A stretch of DNA of 64,000 bases from Leptolyngbyales cyanobacterium (lineage in GTDB: Bacteria; Cyanobacteriota; Cyanobacteriia; Leptolyngbyales; Leptolyngbyaceae), in the NCBI GenBank assembly GCA_038227635.1, contig JBBRPT010000006.1, forward strand, positions 1 to 64,000. Direction: 5' to 3'. A program made the position numbers and the translations under genes. Below, one piece after another: positions 9,621 through 19,651 of the stretch (positions are counted from its first letter, which is position 1; each line of letters opens with the position of its first letter). Under the pieces are notes generated by a model. The model did no database searches. It was not told the origin of the DNA and saw nothing but the letters and a program-made list of their open reading frames with translations.

Positions 9621-9911
9621 CTACTCTTTTTGCTGTTTTTCGATCGTCGCTTGTCTAAACCCCAGCACGACCAGAATATTAGAAAGGGTCAAAAACGATT
9701 CTGCACTGCCATGCAGCCAGTCTACGTTAGCTAGCTGATCGTGATAAGCCACCTGTGCATAAATGCCTGCGGGGATCGTAACGGCAACAAATACTAGGGT
9801 CATATAAAAGCCGATCAGCGCCAAACGAGGCGTAGCTTTAGAGCGAGTTAGAAACCACAAAAACGCAAGATAGGGAAATAGCGAAAGTCCAAATAGGGTT
9901 TCTTTAGTCAT
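9621..9911 (-). CDS. DUF3593-like membrane protein
   Basis: 96 aa with 3 TM helices. It overlaps the upstream DUF2499-like gene by 8 nt, a pairing conserved in cyanobacteria and plastid-bearing lineages. Confidence 0.55.
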   Translation of the reverse strand: MTKETLFGLSLFPYLAFLWFLTRSKATPRLALIGFYMTLVFVAVTIPAGIYAQVAYHDQLANVDWLHGSAESFLTLSNILVVLGFRQATIEKQQKE

Positions 9912-10242
9912 GATTGATCGGGTCTTGATAACCGGATTTTTGAGGCAGATTTTTAGACGATCGCCAAATCCACCAGCCCGCGATCGCTAACGTGCAATTT
10001 CCCACGACCGTCATCGCGGCTTGCACAGTCACGACCCACTCTAACGAGACGGGATTGTCGAAAAAATGCCAGGTGCAGGCACACATCGCGCTAACCAACG
10101 CAGGCAACATTCCCAGTGAGAGCGATCGCCATGCCAAATTTCCACTGACTTCGGCATAGCGCCAAATCAGCCAGATTGCCGCAATCCATTCAATGACGCT
10201 AGAAACATGAATCACCCAGGTCGGGATTGATAGAACGTGCAT
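9904..10242 (-). CDS. DUF2499 (Ycf49-like) membrane protein
   Basis: 112 aa with N-terminus MHVLSIPTWVIHVSSVIEWIAAIWLIWRYAE and 3-4 TM helices. Confidence 0.55.
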   Translation of the reverse strand: MHVLSIPTWVIHVSSVIEWIAAIWLIWRYAEVSGNLAWRSLSLGMLPALVSAMCACTWHFFDNPVSLEWVVTVQAAMTVVGNCTLAIAGWWIWRSSKNLPQKSGYQDPINHD

Positions 10243-10384
10243 AAAGATTTGAGAGTTGAGGGGAGACGGGTCGCGATCGCTCGTCTTAAGATTTGAGGGG
10301 CAAGGGAATAAAATCGCGTTCTTAACAGTTTAGGGTGAGTTGTTCCGACACGCTTGCTTTGATTCAAAACTCAAACGTCTAACT

Positions 10385-11443
10385 ATGAATAAGCGTCGAG
10401 CGGTGTTGTGTGGCTATTACGGGATGGGAAACGGGGGCGACGAGGCGCTGCTGGCTTCTCTGCTGCAAATGTTGCCACCTCAAATCGAGCCTTTAGTCCT
10501 GTCGGGCAACCCTCAACAGACTCGTGATCGCTACAAGGTCGAAAGCTGCGATCGTAAGTCCTTAACCTCTGTTATTCAAGCACTACGAACGTCGGATATT
10601 TTTATTTGGGGCGGCGGTAGTTTAATGCAGGATGCAACCAGTCCGCTCAGTCCTTTTTATTACAGCGGCTTGATGAAACTCGCCCAACTAATGGGACTGA
10701 CCACGATCGCGTGGGCGCAGGGTATTGGTCCTTTAAATCAGTTATTGACTCGATCGCTGACAAAACAAGTCTTAAAGCACTGTGCCGGAGTGAGTGTGCG
10801 CGATCGCGGCTCTGCGTCGTTGCTTCACGATTGGGGCATCTCGTCGATGCTGGCACCCGACCCGGTTTGGGCAATGGAGTCAGAAGCGGTACCAGGCTTG
10901 TGGGATTTGCCTGCACCTAGAGTTGCTGTGAATTTGAGATCACATCCGCTATTAACGCCCGATCGATTGACCAGTCTGACTCGCGCCCTGATTGATTTTC
11001 AAAAAGCGACGCAGGTGTGTTTATTGCTCTTGCCCTTCCAAGCCAGTCAAGATTTAGCGATCGCCCAAGCCATTCAGCCTCAGCTTCCAGGGGTGAGCAA
11101 AATTCTCAGGCTCGAAAACCCCCAGGAACTAAAAGGCGTGTTTCGTGGGGTAGAAATGGCGATCGCGATGCGGTTACATGGACTGATTATGGCGGCGGCT
11201 GAGGGGTGTCGCTGCTGTGCGTTGAGCTATGACCCCAAAGTGAGCCGATTGATGGATGAGCTAGAAATTCCCGGATGGGAGTTGGCAGACCTGCCGTCAA
11301 ACCCAGATCAGATTAGTCAAACCTGGCTAGAGATTTATGCAAACGGCGATGCCCTCTCAGACGACCAGATTCATTCCCTGGTCGATCGCGCCTTGATGCA
11401 CCAAGCGTTGTTAGATGAAATCTTAACTAAACCTAAAAACTAA
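10385..11443 (+). CDS. csaB: polysaccharide pyruvyl transferase CsaB
   Basis: The ATG at 10385 gives MNKRRAVLCGYYGMGNGGDEALLASLLQML, the typical CsaB N-terminus. The C-terminal MRLHGLIMAA motif is also present. Confidence 0.8.
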   Translation: MNKRRAVLCGYYGMGNGGDEALLASLLQMLPPQIEPLVLSGNPQQTRDRYKVESCDRKSLTSVIQALRTSDIFIWGGGSLMQDATSPLSPFYYSGLMKLAQLMGLTTIAWAQGIGPLNQLLTRSLTKQVLKHCAGVSVRDRGSASLLHDWGISSMLAPDPVWAMESEAVPGLWDLPAPRVAVNLRSHPLLTPDRLTSLTRALIDFQKATQVCLLLLPFQASQDLAIAQAIQPQLPGVSKILRLENPQELKGVFRGVEMAIAMRLHGLIMAAAEGCRCCALSYDPKVSRLMDELEIPGWELADLPSNPDQISQTWLEIYANGDALSDDQIHSLVDRALMHQALLDEILTKPKN

Positions 11444-11675
11444 AATATTCTTTGCGCTTGCGTCTAGGAACCCAACCTTCTGTGGTAAAAGAGTGTTTTA
11501 TAGAGCGTGAGCCAATGTCCTTTTGAGTGCCATCGGAATTACAGAAATTTTAGACAGATGGTTCAATTCTTAGAAACTGTCGGTATAACTAAGTCTGGAG
11601 AACTCAAGCCATTGAGTTGAGTCTTCACCTGCCAGCCAAACCACGATCGTAAGGGTTCTTTTTTCTAGGGTAAAA

Positions 11676-13313
11676 GTGATGAGTGAAGCCGAAAATTCAA
11701 ACAACAATCCCAGCTTGTTTGAGTCTGTTCCCCCGTCTGAGACAGCCGAGCTAGACTCGCTTGCAGAAGAATGGACAACGATCGATTTTCCCAACGCGCT
11801 ACCCGTTGACGCGATTCCTCACGAAACTCCTGCGATCCCCGATCACGCTGAGCTGGTGAAATCCCTGAGCGATCGTATTCAACAACTAGAGCAACAAAAT
11901 CAAGATATTTGCCGCCAGAAAGACGATTTGATCCAGGTGTTAGAGAAACAAGATCAGGAATTTCACGCCCAAATCGCCAACCTCAATAAAGCGCTGCAAC
12001 AAACTCGCAATATGCTGCGACTAGAGCGACGAAACTGGGAGTCACAATCGAGCCAAATCAAACGGCGATCGCACGAGCAAACTGCTCACATTGCCCAACA
12101 AACCCAAGAATTAACAGCAACTCAAGAACAGGTCGTGAAGCTGTTTCGAGAGATAGAGCAATCTCAGCAAATCGCTCAGAGACAGCAAATCTTAGTCGAG
12201 ACGCTGACCCACCAGCTAGAAGCCAGCCAAGAACAAGTCGCCCTGCTAGAGCGAGAATGTGCGCTAACTCAGCAGCGCTACACCGACCAGACGCAACTCG
12301 TCCATCAAACCGAAAACGCCTGTAAAGATTTGCGATCGCGTCTCCTGCGCCAACAGCGCTACACCATGCAGTTTAAGACGGCTTTAGAGAAGTGTCTCGA
12401 TGTCCCTGCTGCTAAATCGGCTGACAGTCTAGATGACTTAACGCTCAACCCCTTAGCAGAGCCTCTCAGACAGGATATAACCCGTCACTCCTCTGATTTG
12501 TTAGCGCCCAAAGCCCAACCTGTCCAACCTTGGTCAGCCCAACCCGAATTTCTAGAACTCAACACGCTAGAAGATTCTCAGTCAGTCTACATTCCGTCTC
12601 CTTGGGATGAAGAACCCGCCTTTAGTGAGACGGATGATTTAATCATTTATCAGGACATTGATGATGCACCTGTAGCGGCGATCGCAGAAGAGTCATTTGA
12701 GATGCCTGTCATGGATGTGCCTAAAATCGAGCCGCCTGTGGTGAGTTACACAATTCAGCGATCGACCGTCTCAGAATCCGAAGCATCGCTTTCTCCCGAA
12801 ATTCAATTATTTACGCCCAGTGACTCGCTTTTAGTGGACGACGCTCAACCAGAGGAATTAACCCTCATTGACCCAGCCTCACCTGCAGTCGAGTTCGATT
12901 TAGAACAAAAATTCGAGGAGGCTCTGCAATCATTCGAGGAGTCTAAGGCTAACTCGTTCATCTGCGCGGCTGATTTTGCAGATTCACTTCAAGATGACCA
13001 GGAAATTTTGAACGAGATTCATGCGATCGAGGAGTCTACCAATCCAGAGCAGAAGATTGATGCGATTGATGCTGCCCTGCCTCAAGCAGACGAAATCGAG
13101 CTAACGCCATCTGAGTCGGCGCAATCTTCATCGCCTTTTGTGACCCTACGATCGCAGGCGGATAATGACTCTGATCAAGAAGAGGTGACAGAGGACGAAT
13201 TGCCTCTTGTTACAAGTGGGCTGTCTCCGATCGTTTATCCGCTACGGTCTTCTAAAAAGCTGAAATCTCTTGCTGCTGTTGACTTACCCTCTTTTCCACG
13301 TCGCAGCAAATAA
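11676..13313 (+). CDS. acidic coiled-coil protein, unknown function
   Basis: 545 aa. Residues ~60-250 are Q/E/L-rich heptad-like sequence. The remainder is highly acidic and low in complexity. Confidence 0.7.
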   Translation: MMSEAENSNNNPSLFESVPPSETAELDSLAEEWTTIDFPNALPVDAIPHETPAIPDHAELVKSLSDRIQQLEQQNQDICRQKDDLIQVLEKQDQEFHAQIANLNKALQQTRNMLRLERRNWESQSSQIKRRSHEQTAHIAQQTQELTATQEQVVKLFREIEQSQQIAQRQQILVETLTHQLEASQEQVALLERECALTQQRYTDQTQLVHQTENACKDLRSRLLRQQRYTMQFKTALEKCLDVPAAKSADSLDDLTLNPLAEPLRQDITRHSSDLLAPKAQPVQPWSAQPEFLELNTLEDSQSVYIPSPWDEEPAFSETDDLIIYQDIDDAPVAAIAEESFEMPVMDVPKIEPPVVSYTIQRSTVSESEASLSPEIQLFTPSDSLLVDDAQPEELTLIDPASPAVEFDLEQKFEEALQSFEESKANSFICAADFADSLQDDQEILNEIHAIEESTNPEQKIDAIDAALPQADEIELTPSESAQSSSPFVTLRSQADNDSDQEEVTEDELPLVTSGLSPIVYPLRSSKKLKSLAAVDLPSFPRRSK

Positions 13314-13564
13314 ACAGAAGTCTGCCCCAAGAAAACTGTCTGATTAGTTAGACTATTGGGCTGACGATTCAAATAATTCGATGAGCGCGATCGTAATCGT
13401 AGACTTCATCGCCAAAATCTTGCTTGAATGTCACATATTCAGCACTCTGGCACAACTTGCCCGATCGCTCCATAATTTAGAGAATGTTTGAGACGTAATT
13501 ATTCGTCGCATTCACTTGCCCTGTTGCAGCGAAGAAGACATCAAATACTTCTCAGACATACTCC

Positions 13565-13695
13565 ACGCGATGTGCAACTCATTTGCCCTCTCCCGCAGGA
13601 GAGGGGCGCTAGAAATCTTGTTCCCTCTCCTATGGGAGAGGGCTAGGGTGAGGACAGTCTTTGCGGGTGTTTCAGGAAAGTCGCACATCGCGTTA
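13565..13695. repeat. MITE-like palindromic element, copy 3 (long form)
   Basis: ACGCGATGTGCAAC...GTCGCACATCGCGTTA. It is near-identical in the interior to copy 2 (GGGGCGCTAGAAATCTTGTTCCCT). The track ORF 13516..13725 is an artefact of this element. Confidence 0.8.
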
Positions 13696-13738
13696 CTCTT
13701 AAACAGTTTATTGGTTGCCCTGTGAGGAGGAACGATCT

Positions 13739-15358
13739 ATGACAAGTTTGCTAGAGTCTCCCCAATTATCAGAATCGACTGCTCAACGATCGCCCTACGT
13801 GCCCCAAAATCAGCGTCGAGTTTTGTGTGTGTTTCCCCAATACAGCCGATCGTTTGGGACGTTTCATCATGCCTATTCATTAATGCAGAATGTGCGGGCG
13901 TTTATGCCGCCTCAGGGGTTGTTGATAGTAGCAGCCTATTTGCCGAAAGAGTGGGAAGTGCGATTTGTTGATGAAAATGTCAAATCAGCAACGTCTGCGG
14001 ATTACAAGTGGGCAGATGTAGTGATTGCGAGCGGAATGCACATTCAGCGATCGCAGATTAATCACATTAATCATCTAGCTCATCAAGCCGGAAAAGTGAC
14101 GATCGTGGGCGGTCCTTCAGTGTCGGGTTGTCCTGACTATTATCCTGACTTTGATATTTTGCATTTGGGTGAGTTGGGTGATGCCACCGATCGCATGATC
14201 GAACATTTGGATCGGAGTGTCGATCGTCCCGCTCAACAAGTTCGGTTTGAGACTCAAGAACGGTTGCCTCTGAGCGAGTTTCCGACTCCCGCCTACCAGC
14301 ATTTGGATCTAAATCGCTACTTTCTGACGAACATTCAGTTTTCGAGCGGTTGCCCTTATCACTGTGAGTTTTGTGATATTCCTGAACTCTATGGCAACAA
14401 CCCTCGCATGAAAACGCCCGAACAGGTGCTGCGTGAATTAGACGCGATGTTAGAGCAAGGCAATCCGGGGGCGGTTTATTTTGTCGATGATAACTTCGTA
14501 GGCAATCGTCGGGCCGTGAGTGAGCTATTACCGCATCTGATCGCGTGGCAAAAACAAAACGGTTATTCGGTGCAGTTTGCCTGTGAAGCAACGCTCAATC
14601 TTGCTCAGAGTCCAAAGCTGTTAGAAATGATGCGAGAAGCGTATTTTTGCACCGTTTTTTGTGGCATCGAAACGCCTGAGCCGGAGGCACTTCGAGCCAT
14701 GTCAAAAGATCAAAATTTGAGTCTGCCGATTTTGGATGCGATCGCCACTCTCAATCGCTATGGCATGGAAGTTGTATCGGGCATCATTTTGGGATTAGAC
14801 ACCGACACTCCAGAAACGGGCGATCGGATTCTAGAATTCGTCCGTCAGTCTCAGATCCCAATGCTGACGATCAACTTATTGTATGCGTTGCCTAAGACTC
14901 CACTCTGGCGCAGATTAGAAGCCGAAGGGAGACTGATCTTAGACTCCGATCGAGAATCAAACGTAGACTTCTTGATGCCCTACGACGACGTAATGGAGAT
15001 GTGGTATCGCTGCATCACCACTGCTTATGAACCAGAGTTTTTATTTGAACGCTTTGCCTATCAGTGTGAGCACACTTACCCCAATCGCATCAAAGTGCCC
15101 AACAGTCCGGCGCGCACCTCTCCTGCCAACATTCGCAAAGGCTTGACGATGTTAGCCAAAATTCTGCTCAAAGTTGGGGTCTTTAGTCACTACCGCAAAA
15201 CCTTTTGGGCAATGGCAAAACCTGCCTTGAAAAAACAACAAATCGAACAGGTTATTCACGTCGGTTTGGTGAGTCACCACTTGATTCAATTTACGCAGGA
15301 GTGTATGAAAGGAAAGGAATCAGCATCGTTTTATTCGCAAAAACTTAAGGGGAAATAA
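13739..15358 (+). CDS. B12-binding-domain radical SAM protein (class B, DUF4070-type C-terminus)
   Basis: The N-terminus is a cobalamin-binding Rossmann-like region (PPQGLLIVAAYLPKEWEVRFVDENV...WADVVIASGM). The radical SAM cluster motif is SSGCPYHCEFCDIP. Confidence 0.8.
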   Translation: MTSLLESPQLSESTAQRSPYVPQNQRRVLCVFPQYSRSFGTFHHAYSLMQNVRAFMPPQGLLIVAAYLPKEWEVRFVDENVKSATSADYKWADVVIASGMHIQRSQINHINHLAHQAGKVTIVGGPSVSGCPDYYPDFDILHLGELGDATDRMIEHLDRSVDRPAQQVRFETQERLPLSEFPTPAYQHLDLNRYFLTNIQFSSGCPYHCEFCDIPELYGNNPRMKTPEQVLRELDAMLEQGNPGAVYFVDDNFVGNRRAVSELLPHLIAWQKQNGYSVQFACEATLNLAQSPKLLEMMREAYFCTVFCGIETPEPEALRAMSKDQNLSLPILDAIATLNRYGMEVVSGIILGLDTDTPETGDRILEFVRQSQIPMLTINLLYALPKTPLWRRLEAEGRLILDSDRESNVDFLMPYDDVMEMWYRCITTAYEPEFLFERFAYQCEHTYPNRIKVPNSPARTSPANIRKGLTMLAKILLKVGVFSHYRKTFWAMAKPALKKQQIEQVIHVGLVSHHLIQFTQECMKGKESASFYSQKLKGK

Positions 15359-16318
15359 ATGACTACGAGGCAGGATCAGGTGACGAGTTTCTCGATCGTG
15401 CTAGAAACCGAGAATCTAGCCAACGCTGACATCAAAGGATTGATTGACGCGATCGCGGCTCTTGCTCAGCAATCTCTGCCTCCGACTGCCGCCAATGAAG
15501 TGCTGCTCATTGATAGTGGTGACACGCCGCCTGATTTATTGGCGCAGCTCTGCCATCAATATCCGTGGATTAACGTGCATCACGCGCCTGTGAGCACTCG
15601 CTACTACAAAGCCAAAATGCTGGGTGCAGAACTCGCAACCGGAGCGATCGTCGTCTACTACGACTGTGATTGTGTCTATGAATTCGACTGGCTACAAACG
15701 ATGTTGTCCAGCTTCACACGATCTGACATTCAGCTTGTGGCAGGAGAAACGACAACTCGCAGCGTTGGCATCTACGGTACTGCAATGGCATTGGTCTATA
15801 TTTTTCCGCAATATTCTGGACGAGAAAACCTGACTCCGGTTAATCAATACTTTTTGAATAATGTGGCGTTTCGGCGTGAGTTTTTGCTTCAGCATCCAAT
15901 CCCGTTTGAGTTGCCCCTTTATCGAGGTCACTGTGCCATCCACGCTCAAGAGTTGCGCCAGCAAGGATACACGATTTGGAGTCAGCCCAAAGCCAGAGCA
16001 ACTCACGCCCCGCCTAATGGATTGTCCCATTTCTTTTGGCGATTTTTGCTGATCGGACACGATTATTATTGGCAAAAAAAGCTGCTCAAAGGAACCGTTT
16101 CGGGCGATCCTACGATGTCAGGCATGACGGGAAAAATGCAGGTGTTTGGCGATCGAGTCGGCAAGATGATTGCCAATAATCCGCGTCATGTGATCTTTTT
16201 TCCGTTGGCGATGCCGATCGCGATCGCGTCAGCAATCCTAATTTATAGTGGCTATCTGATCACTTCCTTCAGTCCGCACTATCTTTTGAAGACCTATGAC
16301 AGGATTTTAGGTGAATAA
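15359..16318 (+). CDS. family 2 glycosyltransferase with C-terminal membrane helices
   Basis: The start ATG directly abuts the rSAM stop (TAAATG). It has a GT-A-like DxD region (VVYYDCDCVY) and a C-terminal TM (VIFFPLAMPIAIASAILIYSGYL). Confidence 0.65.
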   Translation: MTTRQDQVTSFSIVLETENLANADIKGLIDAIAALAQQSLPPTAANEVLLIDSGDTPPDLLAQLCHQYPWINVHHAPVSTRYYKAKMLGAELATGAIVVYYDCDCVYEFDWLQTMLSSFTRSDIQLVAGETTTRSVGIYGTAMALVYIFPQYSGRENLTPVNQYFLNNVAFRREFLLQHPIPFELPLYRGHCAIHAQELRQQGYTIWSQPKARATHAPPNGLSHFFWRFLLIGHDYYWQKKLLKGTVSGDPTMSGMTGKMQVFGDRVGKMIANNPRHVIFFPLAMPIAIASAILIYSGYLITSFSPHYLLKTYDRILGE

Positions 16319-16338
16319 CCAATCTGCTTCTGTTCATG

Positions 16339-17046
16339 TCAGTTTGACAAGTGCGATTTGCTGCATGTCCCTATCCTCTGGCAAGCTGAATAAATCAACA
16401 GCGTTTTGTATTGATCAATTTGCTTGATTTTTCCAGCAGACTCAAAGGACTGAACGATCGGTCTCGCTTGGTTCCAATCCAATGAGCCTGTGTAAAATAA
16501 CAGCTTGCCGTCGGGGTTGAGTTTGTTTAAGAATAGCTGCAATAAAGATTCGTCAGTTTGGTAAGTTGAAGCGGCATTTTCAGGCATGTAAAACTCACAC
16601 AAGTGGAACAGCGTCACCAGGTCAAACGTAGGTAATATAGTTTCAGTCAGGGTATAAATATCTGCAAACAGAACTTTGTAATGTTTAGCCAGAGCGCTAT
16701 CGTTGAGCACTCGTTGAACGTATGCACGATGCTCAAGAGCCGATGCTGTGATACCTAGAATTTCATTAGGTTGAGCAAATTTCTGATTTTCTAGACCGAC
16801 CGTGTGATGGGCACCTGTCCCAAAGTGAAAGATGGTTTTGTTTTCAGTCTGCGATTGCTTCAAATAGTCAATCAGCTCAAGATCACAGGGACAGCGATCG
16901 CGATCGAGTGCCCAATAAGAAGCTTTTTGATAATAGGAAAGCCCCAAAGCGTGAGGCTGTACGGGTCGCCTACCTCGAATCGTGTTGATCAACTTTTTCA
17001 ACGTAGACTTCTGGGTGAGACGCTTGAGGTTTATCATAGCCATCAT
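16339..17046 (-). CDS. putative class I SAM-dependent methyltransferase
   Basis: 235 aa with a motif-I-like segment (IFHFGTGAHH) and a post-I acidic residue pattern. The gene is convergent with the GT2 gene. Assignment is weak. Confidence 0.4.
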   Translation of the reverse strand: MMAMINLKRLTQKSTLKKLINTIRGRRPVQPHALGLSYYQKASYWALDRDRCPCDLELIDYLKQSQTENKTIFHFGTGAHHTVGLENQKFAQPNEILGITASALEHRAYVQRVLNDSALAKHYKVLFADIYTLTETILPTFDLVTLFHLCEFYMPENAASTYQTDESLLQLFLNKLNPDGKLLFYTGSLDWNQARPIVQSFESAGKIKQIDQYKTLLIYSACQRIGTCSKSHLSN

Positions 17047-17420
17047 TCACTCTGTATGTAGATTGACAATCAGTCCACAGCAATCTGCCTTGAGGTGTGA
17101 AGCTCTCCTCCCTCCAGATTAAAGAGCATCACATTTGGCTCCTTTGAGCTTAAATGACCAGAATTGGAAGATGGCATCGCTTACAACCCGTTGAGAATTG
17201 CGGTGTCACAGTAAAGATATGAAATAGAGATCAATCGAGTCAAGACTTCTAGAGTACCTTTCTCAAGAACTGTCTAAAAAGTGCCGAATCAGAAGCAACG
17301 GTCAAATCTGACTCTACTTGGGTTCAGTCCTTTGAGCAGAATTCGCTCCGTTATTGTCAGCCAAAAGAATATGCAGAACCGCGTCACTTTGGCTGATGGG
17401 ATTTGCACCGTGAGGCAAGT

Positions 17421-17693
17421 TCATTGATTGACGACGCTACAAACGTCGATCGTGCCTCCGTGCAGTTTGACCAACTCTTGCACCGACACTCCGATTCCTG
17501 AGCTTTCATCACTGCGTCCTTTGGCTCCTGCAACGCGATGAAACCGCTTAAACAACTGTGGCAACTCGCTGGCTAGAATTCCAGTCTCAGTATCTTCAAC
17601 ACTAAGAACAATCTGGCGATCGATTTCTTTTAACGTAACGGTGAACCAGCCTTTTAATGTAAACCTAAATGCATTTGAGAATATGCTACAAGA
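17421..17693 (-). pseudogene. orphan 3' remnant of a histidine kinase (HATPase_c only)
   Basis: Hand translation of the minus strand gives SNAFRFTLKGWFTVTLKEIDRQIVLSVEDTETGILASELPQLFKRFHRVAGAKGRSDESSGIGVSVQELVKLHGGTIDVCSVVNQ*. This contains the N, G1 (degenerate) and G2 boxes. A stop lies immediately upstream, and there is no HisKA domain or start codon. Confidence 0.7.
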
Positions 17694-18289
17694 TCAGTAG
17701 GTTCAAAACAAAGAGAAGATACTGATTTGATGCGTCAGTCTTCGTTGTTGTTCGTAGTAGTGTGAAATGAAGCTTCACATTGCGCTCAATTGACTAGACA
17801 AGTCGCTGTTTCTGCACTAACTCTCAAGAAACACTCTCAATCAGCCCCGTTCGATCGGGTCGTTTTTGGCTCAGTCCCGCCCGTAATTGAAAATCGCGGT
17901 CTAACGGTGCGAAGTCCACTAAAGGGACTGAAAGAGGGTTTGAGGTATTCAGTCCGTTGCAACGGACTTCGCAAGGCTAGCTCGGAATTCCATTCACGGG
18001 AGGGACGAAAACGCAGCAAAGCTGGTGCAAGATTCAAGCTAACTCAAGCTCTAGGAGGTGCCATCTCAATCGATCGTTGAGCCATTTAGCAACACCCGAC
18101 TTGCAGCGAGGGGAGAGGCGATCGCGCCGCCATTGTTTGAACTTCTAGCCGATCGAGAAAAATCTGTCTCTACACGGGCGATTTTCACCAAATTTCTTGA
18201 CTATTTTTGATTCAATTGCCTAAATTACAGCTATTCTGTGGCATAGTTTTCAAACCCTGATGACTGTCTGACTGTGTGATGCCAAATTT

Positions 18290-18871
18290 ATGACTTCTAA
18301 CGTGAATCCTCAATCTTCTGCGCGAACTGCAAAAACATCTGGGCAACCCGTGCCGTCTGTGAGTGCTTATTCGCCATCTGTGCCGATTTCTCTCTATCGC
18401 GAAGTGACTGCCGAACTTCAGACTTCACGGGCAACCGTGGAGGCACTCAAAGCGCAAAACCAGCAGTTAGCTAAACAAAACAACTATCTGCGCCAAGAGG
18501 TTGAGAAAGCTGCCTTGACGACTCTGCATCTCCGTCAAGTGGTGAGCAATTTGCCTCCGGTTAACATGGAGTTGCCTCAAACTCCTCGTGTAGAGGTGAT
18601 GCCTGAGCTAGAAGCTAGATTTGCACCTCCAGCAGCACCGCGTCCTCAGGTGCCCAAACACTCTCAGGTCGAGTCAACTGAGTCTCCCTTTTTGTCAGAT
18701 GATTTGGTCTTTGAGCAAGAGAGTCAGCCTCGTCGCAAAATTCAGTCTGACAAACGCCCGACTGAGTTAAATGGCTGGTGGTTGGGCGTTATTATCGTCA
18801 TGATTGTGGTTACGGCTTTTGGCACAGGCTTTTTAATTGTGCGTCCTCTATTGCCGTCTGCAAATAAATAG
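18290..18871 (+). CDS. C-terminally membrane-anchored coiled-coil/proline-rich protein, unknown function
   Basis: 193 aa with a short coiled coil (ELQTSRATVEALKAQNQQLAKQNNYLRQEVEK) and a C-terminal TM (WWLGVIIVMIVVTAFGTGFLIV). Confidence 0.65.
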   Translation: MTSNVNPQSSARTAKTSGQPVPSVSAYSPSVPISLYREVTAELQTSRATVEALKAQNQQLAKQNNYLRQEVEKAALTTLHLRQVVSNLPPVNMELPQTPRVEVMPELEARFAPPAAPRPQVPKHSQVESTESPFLSDDLVFEQESQPRRKIQSDKRPTELNGWWLGVIIVMIVVTAFGTGFLIVRPLLPSANK

Positions 18872-19020
18872 AGAATTTTGGGAGCGAGCGACGCTACAAA
18901 TCTTGACAAAATAGCCGCTAGATTGGGCGGTTGTGCAATAGTTTGTCAAGAAAAGTTGGGAGCGATCGTGCGAAACTCTATGAGGGTTAAGTGCACAAGG
19001 CATGACTTCAGTGCAAAATG

Positions 19021-19034
19021 GTAGTCGTCGTTAC
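19021..19034 (+). promoter_or_regulatory. candidate NtcA-binding site upstream of glnB
   Basis: GTAgtcgtcgtTAC matches GTA-N8-TAC, 75 nt upstream of the glnB start. I did not find a clean TAN3T box at the canonical 22-nt spacing. Confidence 0.35.
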
Positions 19035-19060
19035 AAACCCTTTCTTAGTAACGGTGATAG

Positions 19061-19447
<387 letters not shown>

Positions 19448-19508
19448 CGAGTGTTCCAAAGATTCCTTAGAAGTAACTCTTTATAATTCACCTTTCCAGA
19501 CTTAATCA

Positions 19509-19537
19509 GGCAACTCCAATGGGGGTTGCTTTTTTTT
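19509..19537 (+). terminator. rho-independent terminator after glnB
   Basis: The stem GGCAACTCC/GGGGGTTGCT is followed by T7 (ggcaactccaatgggggttgcttttttt). Confidence 0.6.
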
Positions 19538-19651
19538 GCGAGACACGACCCACGATCGCTCTTGGTGTGTGAGACTCCGATCGCTTCTGTTGAGTGAGAC
19601 AGACTATCGGTTGAGCCGATCGAGGGCATTCAACCTCAGACGATCGACAGC

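Noticed and set aside
17873-17972. Possible degenerate CRISPR repeat (..GGGACTGAAAG resembles the ends of some cyanobacterial repeats)
   Set aside because: There is no repeat-spacer periodicity (motif spacing is about 38-40 nt with no unique spacers), no second full repeat, and no cas genes in the window.
17790-18080. 96-aa (+) and 66-aa (-) ORFs in the gene-poor stretch
   Set aside because: They are mutually overlapping, have no RBS or motif, and are dominated by the hairpin and palindrome cluster. The region is treated as non-coding.
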